Assembly (NCBI GenBank): GCA_965368465.1
Contig: CBDUMZ010000005.1
Location: 35,596-99,595 of the forward strand
DNA from: an uncultured Chromatiales bacterium
GTDB taxonomy: Bacteria > Pseudomonadota > Gammaproteobacteria > Steroidobacterales > Woeseiaceae
Direction: 5' to 3'
Length of the DNA: 64,000 nucleotides
Part shown: piece by piece, positions 10,787-19,397 of the stretch
Layout of the letters: each line of letters opens with the position of its first letter
Position numbering within the stretch: position 1 is the stretch's first letter
Position numbers and translations under genes: made by a program
The notes under the pieces: model-generated
The model's input: the letters and a program-made list of their open reading frames with translations, nothing else
The model's database searches: none
What the model was told of the DNA's origin: nothing

Positions 10787-11370
10787 ACACCCCCGACAAT
10801 ACGCGCTTCGTGGATCGCCTGAAGACCGGCCTCTGGTATGAGAATCCGGGCCTGGTCCAGTTGCTCGGCCTCTGCCCGCTGCTCGCCGTGACATCGACCT
10901 TCATCAACGGCCTGGGCCTCGGTATCGCCACGCTGTGCGTGCTCGTCGCCTCGAACGCGCTCGTATCCGCGACCCGGCGGTGGATTCGCCGGGAAATACG
11001 CATCCCTATTTACGTGCTCATCATTGCGAGCCTCGTGACCTGCACCGAGTTGATCTTCAAGGCCTGGTTCCCGGCGCTCGATCGTTCCCTCGGCATCTTC
11101 ATTCCACTCATCGTGACCAACTGCGCGATTGTCGCGCGCGCTGAGATCTTCGCCTCCAGGAACCCCGTCGGCACGAGCATCGTCGACGGACTTGTCATGG
11201 GCATTGGCTTCGCGCTGTTGCTCATTGCGATTGGCATCTTTCGCGAACTCATCGCGATGGGCTGGCTGCTCGCCCTCCTGCCACCTGGTGCCTTTTTCAG
11301 CCTCGCGCTGGCGATCGCAGCCAAGAACGCGATCGACGGCAAGCAGAAATCCCGTAAGCTGCATCGGTAG
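10783..11370 (+). CDS. rnfE: Rnf complex subunit E
   Basis: NPGLVQLLGLCPLLAVT, IPLIVTNCAIVARAE, LPPGAFF. Overlaps the rnfG stop (ATGA). Shorter (195 aa) than E. coli RsxE as I remember it. Confidence 0.9.
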   Translation: MNTPDNTRFVDRLKTGLWYENPGLVQLLGLCPLLAVTSTFINGLGLGIATLCVLVASNALVSATRRWIRREIRIPIYVLIIASLVTCTELIFKAWFPALDRSLGIFIPLIVTNCAIVARAEIFASRNPVGTSIVDGLVMGIGFALLLIAIGIFRELIAMGWLLALLPPGAFFSLALAIAAKNAIDGKQKSRKLHR

Positions 11371-11375
11371 GACGT

Positions 11376-12011
11376 ATGAACAAGGAAAAGCGCACAGCCA
11401 TTTACCGTACGCTGCGTGAGCGCATGCCCGCACCCACGACGGAACTCGAGTACGTCAACGCATTCGAGTTGCTGATCGCCGTCATTCTCTCCGCGCAGGC
11501 GACGGATGTCAGCGTCAACAAGGCGACCGCGAAGCTCTACCCGGTCGCCAACACACCCGAGTCCATACTCGCGCTGGGTGTCGATGGCCTCAAACCCTAT
11601 ATTCGCACGATCGGCCTCTACAACAGCAAAGCCGAGAACATCATCAAGACCTGTCGCATCCTGATTGAACGACACGGCGGTGAGGTTCCGCGCACCCGGC
11701 CGGAACTCGAGGCATTGCCCGGGGTCGGAAGGAAAACGGCCAATGTCATACTGAATACCGCGTTCGGCGAACCGACGATTGCCGTCGACACGCACATTTT
11801 TCGCGTTGCGAACCGCACCGGTCTCGCGAAAGGAAAAACGCCGTTCGAGGTGGAGAAACGGCTCGTCCGGCTGACGCCCGATGAGTTCAAGAAAGACGCG
11901 CATCACTGGTTGATCCTGCACGGCCGCTACGTCTGCAAGGCCCGCAAACCGCTTTGCGGGGAATGCCCGATCCGCGAGTGCTGCGAGTTTACGAAAAAGG
12001 ATTTGCCATGA
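11376..12011 (+). CDS. nth: Endonuclease III
   Basis: HhH-GPD motif LPGVGRKTANV, catalytic-region VDTHIFRV, and C-terminal Fe-S cluster CKARKPLCGECPIRECC. Sits downstream of rnfE as in enterobacteria. Confidence 0.96.
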   Translation: MNKEKRTAIYRTLRERMPAPTTELEYVNAFELLIAVILSAQATDVSVNKATAKLYPVANTPESILALGVDGLKPYIRTIGLYNSKAENIIKTCRILIERHGGEVPRTRPELEALPGVGRKTANVILNTAFGEPTIAVDTHIFRVANRTGLAKGKTPFEVEKRLVRLTPDEFKKDAHHWLILHGRYVCKARKPLCGECPIRECCEFTKKDLP

Positions 12012-12427
12012 TTTTCGGCCAGGACCGCAATGAGTTACGCCAGATGTATGCCGATGCATGGCGGAAATACTGCGACAAGACGCCGTTGACACCGCTGGAG
12101 GCGCAGATTGCCGACGTCGTGGCGCTGCATCCCGAATACCACGGCGAAGTTTCGGGCGAGAACCTCACTCGCGACTACACGCCGGATGGCGGCCGGACCA
12201 ACCCGTTTCTGCACATGGGACTGCATCTCGGTATTCGGGAGCAGGTGGGAACGAATCGTCCCGCGGGCATCGCGGCCATCCACCGTGCCCTGTGTGCAAA
12301 GCATGGCGACGTGCACGCCGCCGAGCACGAGATGATCGAATGCCTGGCCGAAGCCCTGTGGGAGGCCCAGAGCAACAACCAGCCACCCGATGAGGCCCGC
12401 TACCTGGAACGCCTGAAGCAACTGTAA
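12008..12427 (+). CDS. DUF1841-family protein
   Basis: MIFGQDRNELRQMYADAWRKY...HPEYH...NPFLHMGLHL resembles the DUF1841 family as I remember it. The ATG at 12008 overlaps the nth stop, and the track's upstream extension lies inside nth. Confidence 0.7.
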   Translation: MIFGQDRNELRQMYADAWRKYCDKTPLTPLEAQIADVVALHPEYHGEVSGENLTRDYTPDGGRTNPFLHMGLHLGIREQVGTNRPAGIAAIHRALCAKHGDVHAAEHEMIECLAEALWEAQSNNQPPDEARYLERLKQL

Positions 12428-12489
12428 TAAAAGCGGGCCGCCCGTGGTCTGGTCAGATAACGAATATTGTGGACGTCGTAGGGGACGTT

Positions 12490-13344
12490 ATGAGCGACCG
12501 CCAGTCAAAATACCCGGTACAAGGTGCAGGCCTGGGCTTGCGCCGCCCGATTGCCGACCAGCTGATGGCGAATCCGCCGGCGGACGTGGACTTCATGGAG
12601 GTTGCCCCGGAGAACTGGATTCACGTCGGCGGCAAGCTCGGCAAGAAGCTGCGCTTCTTTACCGAGCGTTACCCCTTCGTCATCCACGGCCTCTCGCTGT
12701 CCATTGGCGCGCCGTCGCCGCTCAACGAGCAACTGGTCAGGGACATCAAGGACTTCATGTCCGACCACAACATTCGCATGTATTCGGAACACCTGAGTTA
12801 TTGCGGTGACGACGGTCAGCTCTACGACCTCATGCCCATTCCGTTTACCGAGGAGGCAGTCAGGTACGTCGCCGGTCGCGTGCGCCGCGTGCAGGACATT
12901 CTCGAACAGCGCATGGCACTCGAGAATGTCAGCTTCTACGCCCCGATCGATACGTCGATGACTGAACGCGAATTCCTGCTGGCCGTCATCGAGGAAGCGG
13001 ACTGCGACCTGATGCTCGACATCAACAACATCGTGGTCAACAGCATCAACCATCGCTACGATGCCCGCGAATTCCTGCGCGCAATGCCGGCGGACCGCAT
13101 TCGGTATTTCCACCTCGCCGGTCATTTTGTCGAAGACGAAGACCTGCGCATCGATACCCATGGCACGCCCGTCGACGAGCAGGCCTGGGCACTGCTCGAA
13201 GAGGCCTACCGCCTCTACGGTCCCGTTCCGACGCTGCTCGAGCGCGACTTCAACTTCCCACCGATGGAAGAGCTGCTGGACGAGGTGCGCCGCATCAAGC
13301 ACCTGCAGATCGCGGCCCAGGGCAAGGACGCGGTCAATGGCTGA
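12490..13344 (+). CDS. DUF692/UPF0276 multinuclear non-haem iron oxidative enzyme (MNIO; BufB/HvfB-like RiPP maturase)
   Basis: TIM-barrel UPF0276 signature blocks GLGLRR, VIHGLSLSIG, YSEHLS, ALENVS, LDINN, FHLAGH, TLLERD. The ATG at 12490 is preceded by AGGGGA. Confidence 0.85.
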   Translation: MSDRQSKYPVQGAGLGLRRPIADQLMANPPADVDFMEVAPENWIHVGGKLGKKLRFFTERYPFVIHGLSLSIGAPSPLNEQLVRDIKDFMSDHNIRMYSEHLSYCGDDGQLYDLMPIPFTEEAVRYVAGRVRRVQDILEQRMALENVSFYAPIDTSMTEREFLLAVIEEADCDLMLDINNIVVNSINHRYDAREFLRAMPADRIRYFHLAGHFVEDEDLRIDTHGTPVDEQAWALLEEAYRLYGPVPTLLERDFNFPPMEELLDEVRRIKHLQIAAQGKDAVNG

Positions 13345-14110
13345 CTCGCGTTCCTTCAAGGACAAGCAGTACGCTTTCGCCGCGCACATCCGCGATCCCG
13401 AGCATGTTGCCGCGCCCGAGGGAATCGAACCACGGCGCATGGCAATCTACCGCAAGTTGTTCTTCAACAACCTCTACAACCTGCTCGCCACGTTCTTCCC
13501 GGTCATGCGCAAGATCCACTCCGATGCCCAGTGGCGCCGCTTCGTGCGCGGCTTCATGCAACACCACCAGTCCGAGACGCCCTACTTCCTCGAGTTGCCC
13601 CGGGAGTTCCTGGCCTACCTGCAGGACGAGTTCGAAGCGAGCAGCGAGGACTACCCGTTTCTCCTGGAACTCGCCCACTACGAATACGCCGAGCTCGAAC
13701 TCTCGGTATCGGACGAGGCAACCGACCTCGACGGTGTGGACCCGAACGGCGACTTGCTGACCGGCGTTCCCGTGAAATCCTCACTCGCACGCGCCTATGC
13801 CTACCGCTTTGCCGTGCATCGGATTTCGCCGGGTTTCCTGCCCGACGAACCGGAGCAGCAGCCGGTCTACCTCGCGCTGTACCGCGGCAGCGACGACTCG
13901 GTCGGCTTTCTCGAACTCAATGCCGTAACGGCGGCGCTGCTGGATGCCATTGAATTCAATACCGACAACAGGACCGGCGCGGAGCTGCTCAGAGCGCTCG
14001 CCGCCAGGATCGAATACCCCGACCCCGACGCGCTGGTCACGCACGGGTCCAATGCATTGCGGGAGATGCGGCAGCTGGAGATTCTGACCGGCACCCGCAG
14101 CCCCGCCTGA
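13337..14110 (+). CDS. DUF2063-family MNIO partner protein (BufC/HvfC-like)
   Basis: IYRKLFFNNLYNLLATFFP...PYFLELPREFLAYL...LELAHYEYAE matches the DUF2063 N-terminal pattern. The start overlaps the DUF692 stop (ATGGCTGA). Confidence 0.8.
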   Translation: MADSRSFKDKQYAFAAHIRDPEHVAAPEGIEPRRMAIYRKLFFNNLYNLLATFFPVMRKIHSDAQWRRFVRGFMQHHQSETPYFLELPREFLAYLQDEFEASSEDYPFLLELAHYEYAELELSVSDEATDLDGVDPNGDLLTGVPVKSSLARAYAYRFAVHRISPGFLPDEPEQQPVYLALYRGSDDSVGFLELNAVTAALLDAIEFNTDNRTGAELLRALAARIEYPDPDALVTHGSNALREMRQLEILTGTRSPA

Positions 14111-14121
14111 AGGAGGAACCC

Positions 14122-14625
14122 GTGAGCGCTCTCATCAACCTTGGAAACCGCATTATCGACAAGCTCGATCCGGCCGGCGCCTGGATCGCACTACTTCCCA
14201 TTCGCCTGCTCATGGCCTGGGAGTACGGTCGCGCCGGGCTGATGAAGTACAACGGCACCAACTGGTTTGCCAACGTCCAGGATAACTTCCCGTTCCCGTT
14301 CAACGTCATTCCGGTCGAGATCAGCTGGTTTCTCGCAACCTGGGCGGAGATCCTGGGCGGCCTGTGCCTCTTGCTGGGCCTGTTTACACGCTTCTGGGCA
14401 TTCAGCCTCATCGTCCTGACCATCGTCGCCATCGCCGGTGTGCACTGGCCCGAGCAGTGGAACTCGCTGGCGGAATTGTGGCGAGGGTACTCGATCACGG
14501 ACAACGGTTTCGGCAATTACCGCATCCCGTTGTTGTTCATGGCCATGCTGTTGCCGCTGGTCTTTGTCGGCGGTGGCAAGTTGAGCCTCGACCACATCCT
14601 GTTCCAGAAACCGGGCAGGCGCTAA
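14122..14625 (+). CDS. DoxX-family membrane protein (BufD/HvfX-like)
   Basis: Four-TM protein with DoxX-like LLMAWEYGRAGLMK and EILGGLCLLLGLFTR. GTG start 11 nt after DUF2063. Confidence 0.8.
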   Translation: MSALINLGNRIIDKLDPAGAWIALLPIRLLMAWEYGRAGLMKYNGTNWFANVQDNFPFPFNVIPVEISWFLATWAEILGGLCLLLGLFTRFWAFSLIVLTIVAIAGVHWPEQWNSLAELWRGYSITDNGFGNYRIPLLFMAMLLPLVFVGGGKLSLDHILFQKPGRR

Positions 14626-14681
14626 GGCTCCCGCTACGCGTCGCGGCCGCGGGCCACACGCGGCGAAGTGACTGATTTGTC

Positions 14682-14690
14682 TGCTAGAAT
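14682..14690 (+). promoter_or_regulatory. Possible extended -10 element (TGCTAGAAT) for the permease gene
   Basis: TGnTAGAAT lies 35 nt upstream of the ATG at 14725, in the only non-coding gap here. No convincing -35. Confidence 0.25.
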
Positions 14691-14724
14691 CGGCTGAGGC
14701 AGTCAGGCATCAGAGAGTCATACT

Positions 14725-16035
14725 ATGCGCTCAGGGCGGCGTCTCAGGCGCGACATTGGTTTCTTTGGCGCCGCATTCATCGTCCTGAACGCCGTGGTAG
14801 GCGCGGGCATCTTCGCGTTGCCCGGCAAGGTCGCGGTTAGTGCCGGCCTGTTCAGTCCCTGGTTGTTCCTGGTTGTCGGCGTGCTGTTCCTGTCCATCGT
14901 GCTGACGTTTGCGGAACTGGCCAGCTACTACGATCGCACCGGCGGACCCGCGCTGTACGCGGAAGACGCGTTCGGTCCGCTGGCCGGGTTCAGCACGGGC
15001 TGGCTGATCTTCCTCGCGCGCATGACGGCGTTCGCCGCCAACGCCAACGTCATGGCGGCCTATCTCGGCTCGGTTTCCGAGGTCTTCGCCACCGAACCGG
15101 CGCGCATCGCCATCATCACCGTCGTGACGGTCGGCCTGACCTGGGCCAACGTCATGGGCGTGAAGGACGGTGTCCGCACGATGGGAATATTCACGTTCCT
15201 GAAGGTCGTACCGTTGCTTCTGCTCGTCCTGCTCGGCTTGCAGCACGTAAGCGGTGCGACGCTGCTGCCTTCGAGCTTCGACATCGCGGATCCGGGCAGC
15301 ACCACGCTACTGCTGATCTACGCCTACGTCGGCTTTGAGACGGTGGGCATTACGGCGGGAGAAACCCGGAAACCGCGGCGCAACATCCCGGTTGCGCTGG
15401 TACGCACGATTCTCGGTACCGGCGTCCTGTATTTCCTGATCGTGTTGGTCTTCGTCTCCGTCATCGCGCCCGGCGACTACGCTGACGCAACGCTGGTCGA
15501 TGTCGGCCGGCAGCTCGCCGGTCCCGCAGGTGCCCTGGTCATTGCTCTCGCAGCCGTCTTCTCAATCGGCGGCAACCTGGCCGGGTCGATACTCGGTGCG
15601 CCCCGACTGCTGTTCTCGCTCGGCGAGAGCCGCCTGCTGCCGCAGTGGTTCGCACACGTCAATGAGAAATACGCGACGCCGGATCACGCCATCGTCGCGA
15701 TGGGCGCGATGGCCCTGGTCCTGGGCCTGTCGAGCAATTTCGTGGATCTCGCGATCGGCAGTTCCGTGGTGCGGCTGCTCGGCTATGTCATCTGTATCGC
15801 GTCTCTCCCGATCATCAGGAACAAGGCGACGGCGAAACAGAGCGAACGAGTCTGGCGGCTGCGCGGAGGCTACGCCATCCCGGCCGTTGCCCTGCTCCTG
15901 TGCCTGTGGCTGATACTGCAATCGAAAGGCGAGGACTGGATCAAGGTGTCCGTTCTGCTCGGCATCGGTCTCGCTCTCTACCTCGTGGAAAAGTGGTACT
16001 ACGGGCGTAGAGCCGCGCAGGAAAAGGGCGAGTGA
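14725..16035 (+). CDS. APC-superfamily amino acid permease
   Basis: 436 aa, ~12 TM, N-terminal GAAFIVLNAVVGAGIFALPG motif typical of APC transporters. Confidence 0.85.
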   Translation: MRSGRRLRRDIGFFGAAFIVLNAVVGAGIFALPGKVAVSAGLFSPWLFLVVGVLFLSIVLTFAELASYYDRTGGPALYAEDAFGPLAGFSTGWLIFLARMTAFAANANVMAAYLGSVSEVFATEPARIAIITVVTVGLTWANVMGVKDGVRTMGIFTFLKVVPLLLLVLLGLQHVSGATLLPSSFDIADPGSTTLLLIYAYVGFETVGITAGETRKPRRNIPVALVRTILGTGVLYFLIVLVFVSVIAPGDYADATLVDVGRQLAGPAGALVIALAAVFSIGGNLAGSILGAPRLLFSLGESRLLPQWFAHVNEKYATPDHAIVAMGAMALVLGLSSNFVDLAIGSSVVRLLGYVICIASLPIIRNKATAKQSERVWRLRGGYAIPAVALLLCLWLILQSKGEDWIKVSVLLGIGLALYLVEKWYYGRRAAQEKGE

Positions 16036-16036
16036 A

Positions 16037-17764
16037 CTAGCCTTTGCGCTTCTTGGGGATGTAGAGGTCGGTCAGGGTCCCTTCGAAAGCCTCCGCCGAA
16101 AAGGCCACCGTTTCCGACAGTGTCGGGTGCGGATGAATCGTCATGCTGATATCCGCCGCGTCGGCGCCCATTTCGATGGCAAGGCCGATTTCCGCGATCA
16201 GGTCGCCCGCACCCGGCCCGACAATCGCCCCGCCGATTACGCGCTCCGTCTTCGGGTCGAACAGCAGCTTCGTGAAGCCCTCCGGTCGGCCCAGTGACAA
16301 GGCACGACCACTCGCCGCCCAGGGGAACTGCGCCTTTTCGTAGTCGATGCCCTGCGCCTTCGCGTCCAGTTCGGTCAGTCCCACCCACGCAACCTCGGGG
16401 TCGGTGTAGGCGACCGACGGTATCGTCCGCGCATCGAAGTAGCTCTTCTCGCCATGCGCAACCTCGGCCGCAACCTTGGCTTCATGGGTCGCCTTGTGCG
16501 CGAGCATGGGCCCGCCGGCAAGGTCACCGATGGCGAAGATATGCGGCACGTTGGTACGCATCTGCTTGTCGACTTCGATGATGCCGCGCCCGTCCACGCG
16601 CACGCCGGCTTTTTCCGCGTCCAGCTTGTCACCATTGGCACGACGACCGATGGCAACGAGCACCCGGTCATAAACCCCAACCGACGGTGCATTGTCACCT
16701 TCGAACGTCACCTCGATACCGGGCACCGTCGCCCGCATACCCGTGACTTTCGTCTTGAGCATGATGTTTTCGTAGCGGTCCTTGACCACTTTCGTGAACG
16801 GCCTCAACAGGTCCTTGTCGGTCCCGGGCATGAGCTGGTCCATCAGCTCGACGACGCTGACGTCGGTGCCCAGCGCGCTGTACACGCAGGCCATCTCGAG
16901 GCCGATAATGCCGCCGCCCACGACCAGCAGGCGCTTGGGAATCGGTGCCAGCTCGAGCGCGCCCGTGGAGTCCACGATGCGGCGGTCGTCCGGCAGGTTG
17001 GGCAGCATGACGGGCTCCGAGCCCGCCGCGATGATGCATTTCTCGAAGTCGATGGTCTCGTCATTGTCGAGACTCAGGCGATTCGGCGCTACGAACCTGG
17101 CCGACCCCTGGATGACACGCACCTTGCGCTGTTTCGCCATCGTCGACAGGCCGCCGGTCAACTTGCCGATGACCTCGTTCTTCCAGTCGCGAAGTTTCAC
17201 TGCATCGATGGACGGCTTGCCAAACACAACGCCGTGTTCGGCCATCGCCTCGGCCTCGTCGATGACCTTGGCGGCATGCAACAGGGCCTTCGATGGAATG
17301 CAGCCGACGTTCAGGCAGACGCCGCCGAGTACCGGCCAGCGCTCAACGAGGATGACATCCATGCCGAGGTCGGCTGCGCGAAATGCCGCCGTGTAACCAC
17401 CCGGTCCGGCGCCGATCACGACAAGCTGTGCCGCGTGCGTGGCCGCATCCGACGGCTGCACCGCCGCAACGATCTCCGGCGCCGACATCTTGCGAGTCTC
17501 TTCAATGTTCTCGACCGGCACGTCGTCGGCCGAAGCCTCGAGCGTCACCAGCGGATCGCCCTTGGATACGCGGTCCCCCACGCTGACGTCGACGGATACG
17601 ATCGTGCCTGCCTGTTCGGCCGGGACGTCCATCGTCGCCTTGTCGGTCTCGAGGGTGATGAGCGGGTCTTCGAGCGCAACGACGTCGCCAGGCGCAACCA
17701 CGACCTCGATGACTTCGACGTTCTCGAAATCACCCAGGTCCGGGATCGTCAGCTTGACGGCCAT
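16037..17764 (-). CDS. lpdA: Dihydrolipoyl dehydrogenase (E3) with an N-terminal lipoyl domain
   Basis: Lipoyl domain (LETDKATMDVP), then GAGPGGY, redox-active GGVCLNVGCIPSK, and C-terminal HPHPTLSE. Confidence 0.95.
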   Translation of the reverse strand: MAVKLTIPDLGDFENVEVIEVVVAPGDVVALEDPLITLETDKATMDVPAEQAGTIVSVDVSVGDRVSKGDPLVTLEASADDVPVENIEETRKMSAPEIVAAVQPSDAATHAAQLVVIGAGPGGYTAAFRAADLGMDVILVERWPVLGGVCLNVGCIPSKALLHAAKVIDEAEAMAEHGVVFGKPSIDAVKLRDWKNEVIGKLTGGLSTMAKQRKVRVIQGSARFVAPNRLSLDNDETIDFEKCIIAAGSEPVMLPNLPDDRRIVDSTGALELAPIPKRLLVVGGGIIGLEMACVYSALGTDVSVVELMDQLMPGTDKDLLRPFTKVVKDRYENIMLKTKVTGMRATVPGIEVTFEGDNAPSVGVYDRVLVAIGRRANGDKLDAEKAGVRVDGRGIIEVDKQMRTNVPHIFAIGDLAGGPMLAHKATHEAKVAAEVAHGEKSYFDARTIPSVAYTDPEVAWVGLTELDAKAQGIDYEKAQFPWAASGRALSLGRPEGFTKLLFDPKTERVIGGAIVGPGAGDLIAEIGLAIEMGADAADISMTIHPHPTLSETVAFSAEAFEGTLTDLYIPKKRKG

Positions 17765-19383
17765 CAGGGAATCGCCTGTAGCAGCGACTCGACATCGGCC
17801 ATCTTCTGGCCGAGGAAGGTCGTGAAGCGCACCGCCTGTGCACCGTCAATGACGCGGTGGTCGTAGGAGAACGATAACGGCAGCATCAGGCGCGGTTCGA
17901 ATTCGGAGCCGTTCCAGACGGGCTGCATGCTGGAGCGCGACACACCGAGGATCGCGACTTCAGGCGCATTGACGATTGGCGTGAACGCGGTACCCCCGAT
18001 GCCACCCAGGCTCGAGATCGTGAAGCATGCCCCCTGGAGCTGATCGGCCTTCAGCTTGCCTTCCCGCGCCAGCGCCGAAAGCTCGCCGAGTTCGGCCGCG
18101 AGTTCGTAGACGTCTTTCTTGTCCGCATCGCGAATGACCGGGACCATGAGGCCGTTCTCGGTATCTGCCGCGAACCCGAGATGTATGTATTTCTTGAACA
18201 CGAGGCTCTCGCCGTCTTCCGACAACGATGCATTCACTCGCGGGAACTCCTGCAACGCTGCGACGCAGGCCTTCATGATGAACGCGAGTGGTGTCAGCCC
18301 GATGCCCCGCTCTTTCGCAGGGCCTTTGAGTTGCTGGCGCCGGGCCTCGAGGTCCGTGATATCGGCCAGATCATGCTGGGTAACGTGCGGGAGGTTGATC
18401 CAGCTTGCCTGCAGGCGCGGGCCCGAGATCTTCTGAATGCGCGTTAGCGGCTGGACATCGATCTCGCCGAACTTGGCAAAGTCGACGACCGGCGTCCTGG
18501 GCAGTGCGCCACCCGCTGCACCGGCCGGCGCCGCCGCCTGGCCCGTGAGAATCGCCTTGACGAACGCCTTGACGTCGTCATGCAGGATACGGTTCTTGAT
18601 GCCACTGCCCGTGACCTGCACGAGGTTGACGCCAAGCTCACGCGCCAGCTTGCGCACCGACGGACTTGCATGGGCTTTGCTGAAGCCTGCCTCGTCGATG
18701 GCAGGCAGGGATTTCGGCGGGGCCGGCGTCGCGGGTGCAGCTTTTGCCGGGGCGGCCGCTTTCGCGGGAGCTGCGGCGGGAGCCGCGGCCACTTCGGGCA
18801 CGGCTGCCGCTGCCGAGGCCAGCGCATCGATAACGGCAAGCGACGACCCTTCCGACACCTTGTCACCAACGTTGACGAGCACCGAATCGATCGTTCCTGC
18901 GACAACAGCCGGCACGTCCATCGCCGCCTTGTCCGTCTCGAGCGTGACCAGCGGGTCCTCGACCTCGATCTTGTCGCCGGCGCTGACGTGCACCTCGATG
19001 ATCTCAACGTCCGAGAAATCACCGAGATCCGGTACAACCAATGTCTGTTTACCCGCGGGCTTCGCGACCTCGCCGGCCGGTGCAGCAGTCTCGACGGCAG
19101 GTTCGGGCGCGCTCGACGGGGTCGATTCGACCGTGTCGGCGGCCTCCGTGGTCAGCTGCCCGATCACATCGCCGGTGGACACGGTGTCGCCGACACCGAT
19201 CGTCAGTTTTTCGACGACACCTTTCTCCGGCGCTGGTATGTCCATGGACGCCTTGTCGGTCTCGATCGTCACCAGTCCGTCTTCGCGTTCCACGGTGTCG
19301 CCGCTGCTTACGAGTACCTCAATGACCTCGACGTTCTCGAAATCGCCGAGATCAGGGACCACTATGTCGATTGTCTTCGCCAC
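17764..19383 (-). CDS. aceF: Pyruvate dehydrogenase E2 dihydrolipoyllysine acetyltransferase (two lipoyl domains)
   Basis: Two lipoyl domains (IETDKASMDIP, LETDKAAMDVP), Ala/Pro linkers, a subunit-binding domain (ASPSVRKLARELGV) and catalytic DHRVIDG. Its stop shares one nt with the lpd start (TGATG). Confidence 0.95.
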   Translation of the reverse strand: MAKTIDIVVPDLGDFENVEVIEVLVSSGDTVEREDGLVTIETDKASMDIPAPEKGVVEKLTIGVGDTVSTGDVIGQLTTEAADTVESTPSSAPEPAVETAAPAGEVAKPAGKQTLVVPDLGDFSDVEIIEVHVSAGDKIEVEDPLVTLETDKAAMDVPAVVAGTIDSVLVNVGDKVSEGSSLAVIDALASAAAAVPEVAAAPAAAPAKAAAPAKAAPATPAPPKSLPAIDEAGFSKAHASPSVRKLARELGVNLVQVTGSGIKNRILHDDVKAFVKAILTGQAAAPAGAAGGALPRTPVVDFAKFGEIDVQPLTRIQKISGPRLQASWINLPHVTQHDLADITDLEARRQQLKGPAKERGIGLTPLAFIMKACVAALQEFPRVNASLSEDGESLVFKKYIHLGFAADTENGLMVPVIRDADKKDVYELAAELGELSALAREGKLKADQLQGACFTISSLGGIGGTAFTPIVNAPEVAILGVSRSSMQPVWNGSEFEPRLMLPLSFSYDHRVIDGAQAVRFTTFLGQKMADVESLLQAIP

Positions 19384-19397
19384 GTTACTGCCCCCGA

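Noticed and set aside
10783-11370. RnfE being about 35 aa shorter than E. coli RsxE, as a possible truncation or pseudogene
   Set aside because: The ORF is intact. It is coupled at both ends and retains the conserved N-terminal and C-terminal (LPPGAFF) blocks. The difference maps to one periplasmic loop and is most simply lineage variation. My E. coli reference is from memory.
12008-12427. DUF1841 protein as the possible precursor peptide of the MNIO cassette
   Set aside because: It has no signal peptide and is 139 aa long. It has a conserved globular-family appearance and only three scattered Cys. It is translationally coupled to nth rather than to the MNIO gene.
18681-18801. Repetitive GC-rich DNA that looked like a tandem repeat
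   Set aside because: It encodes the Ala/Pro-rich inter-domain linker of AceF (AAPAAAPAKAAAPAKAAPATPAPP), a normal feature of E2 subunits.
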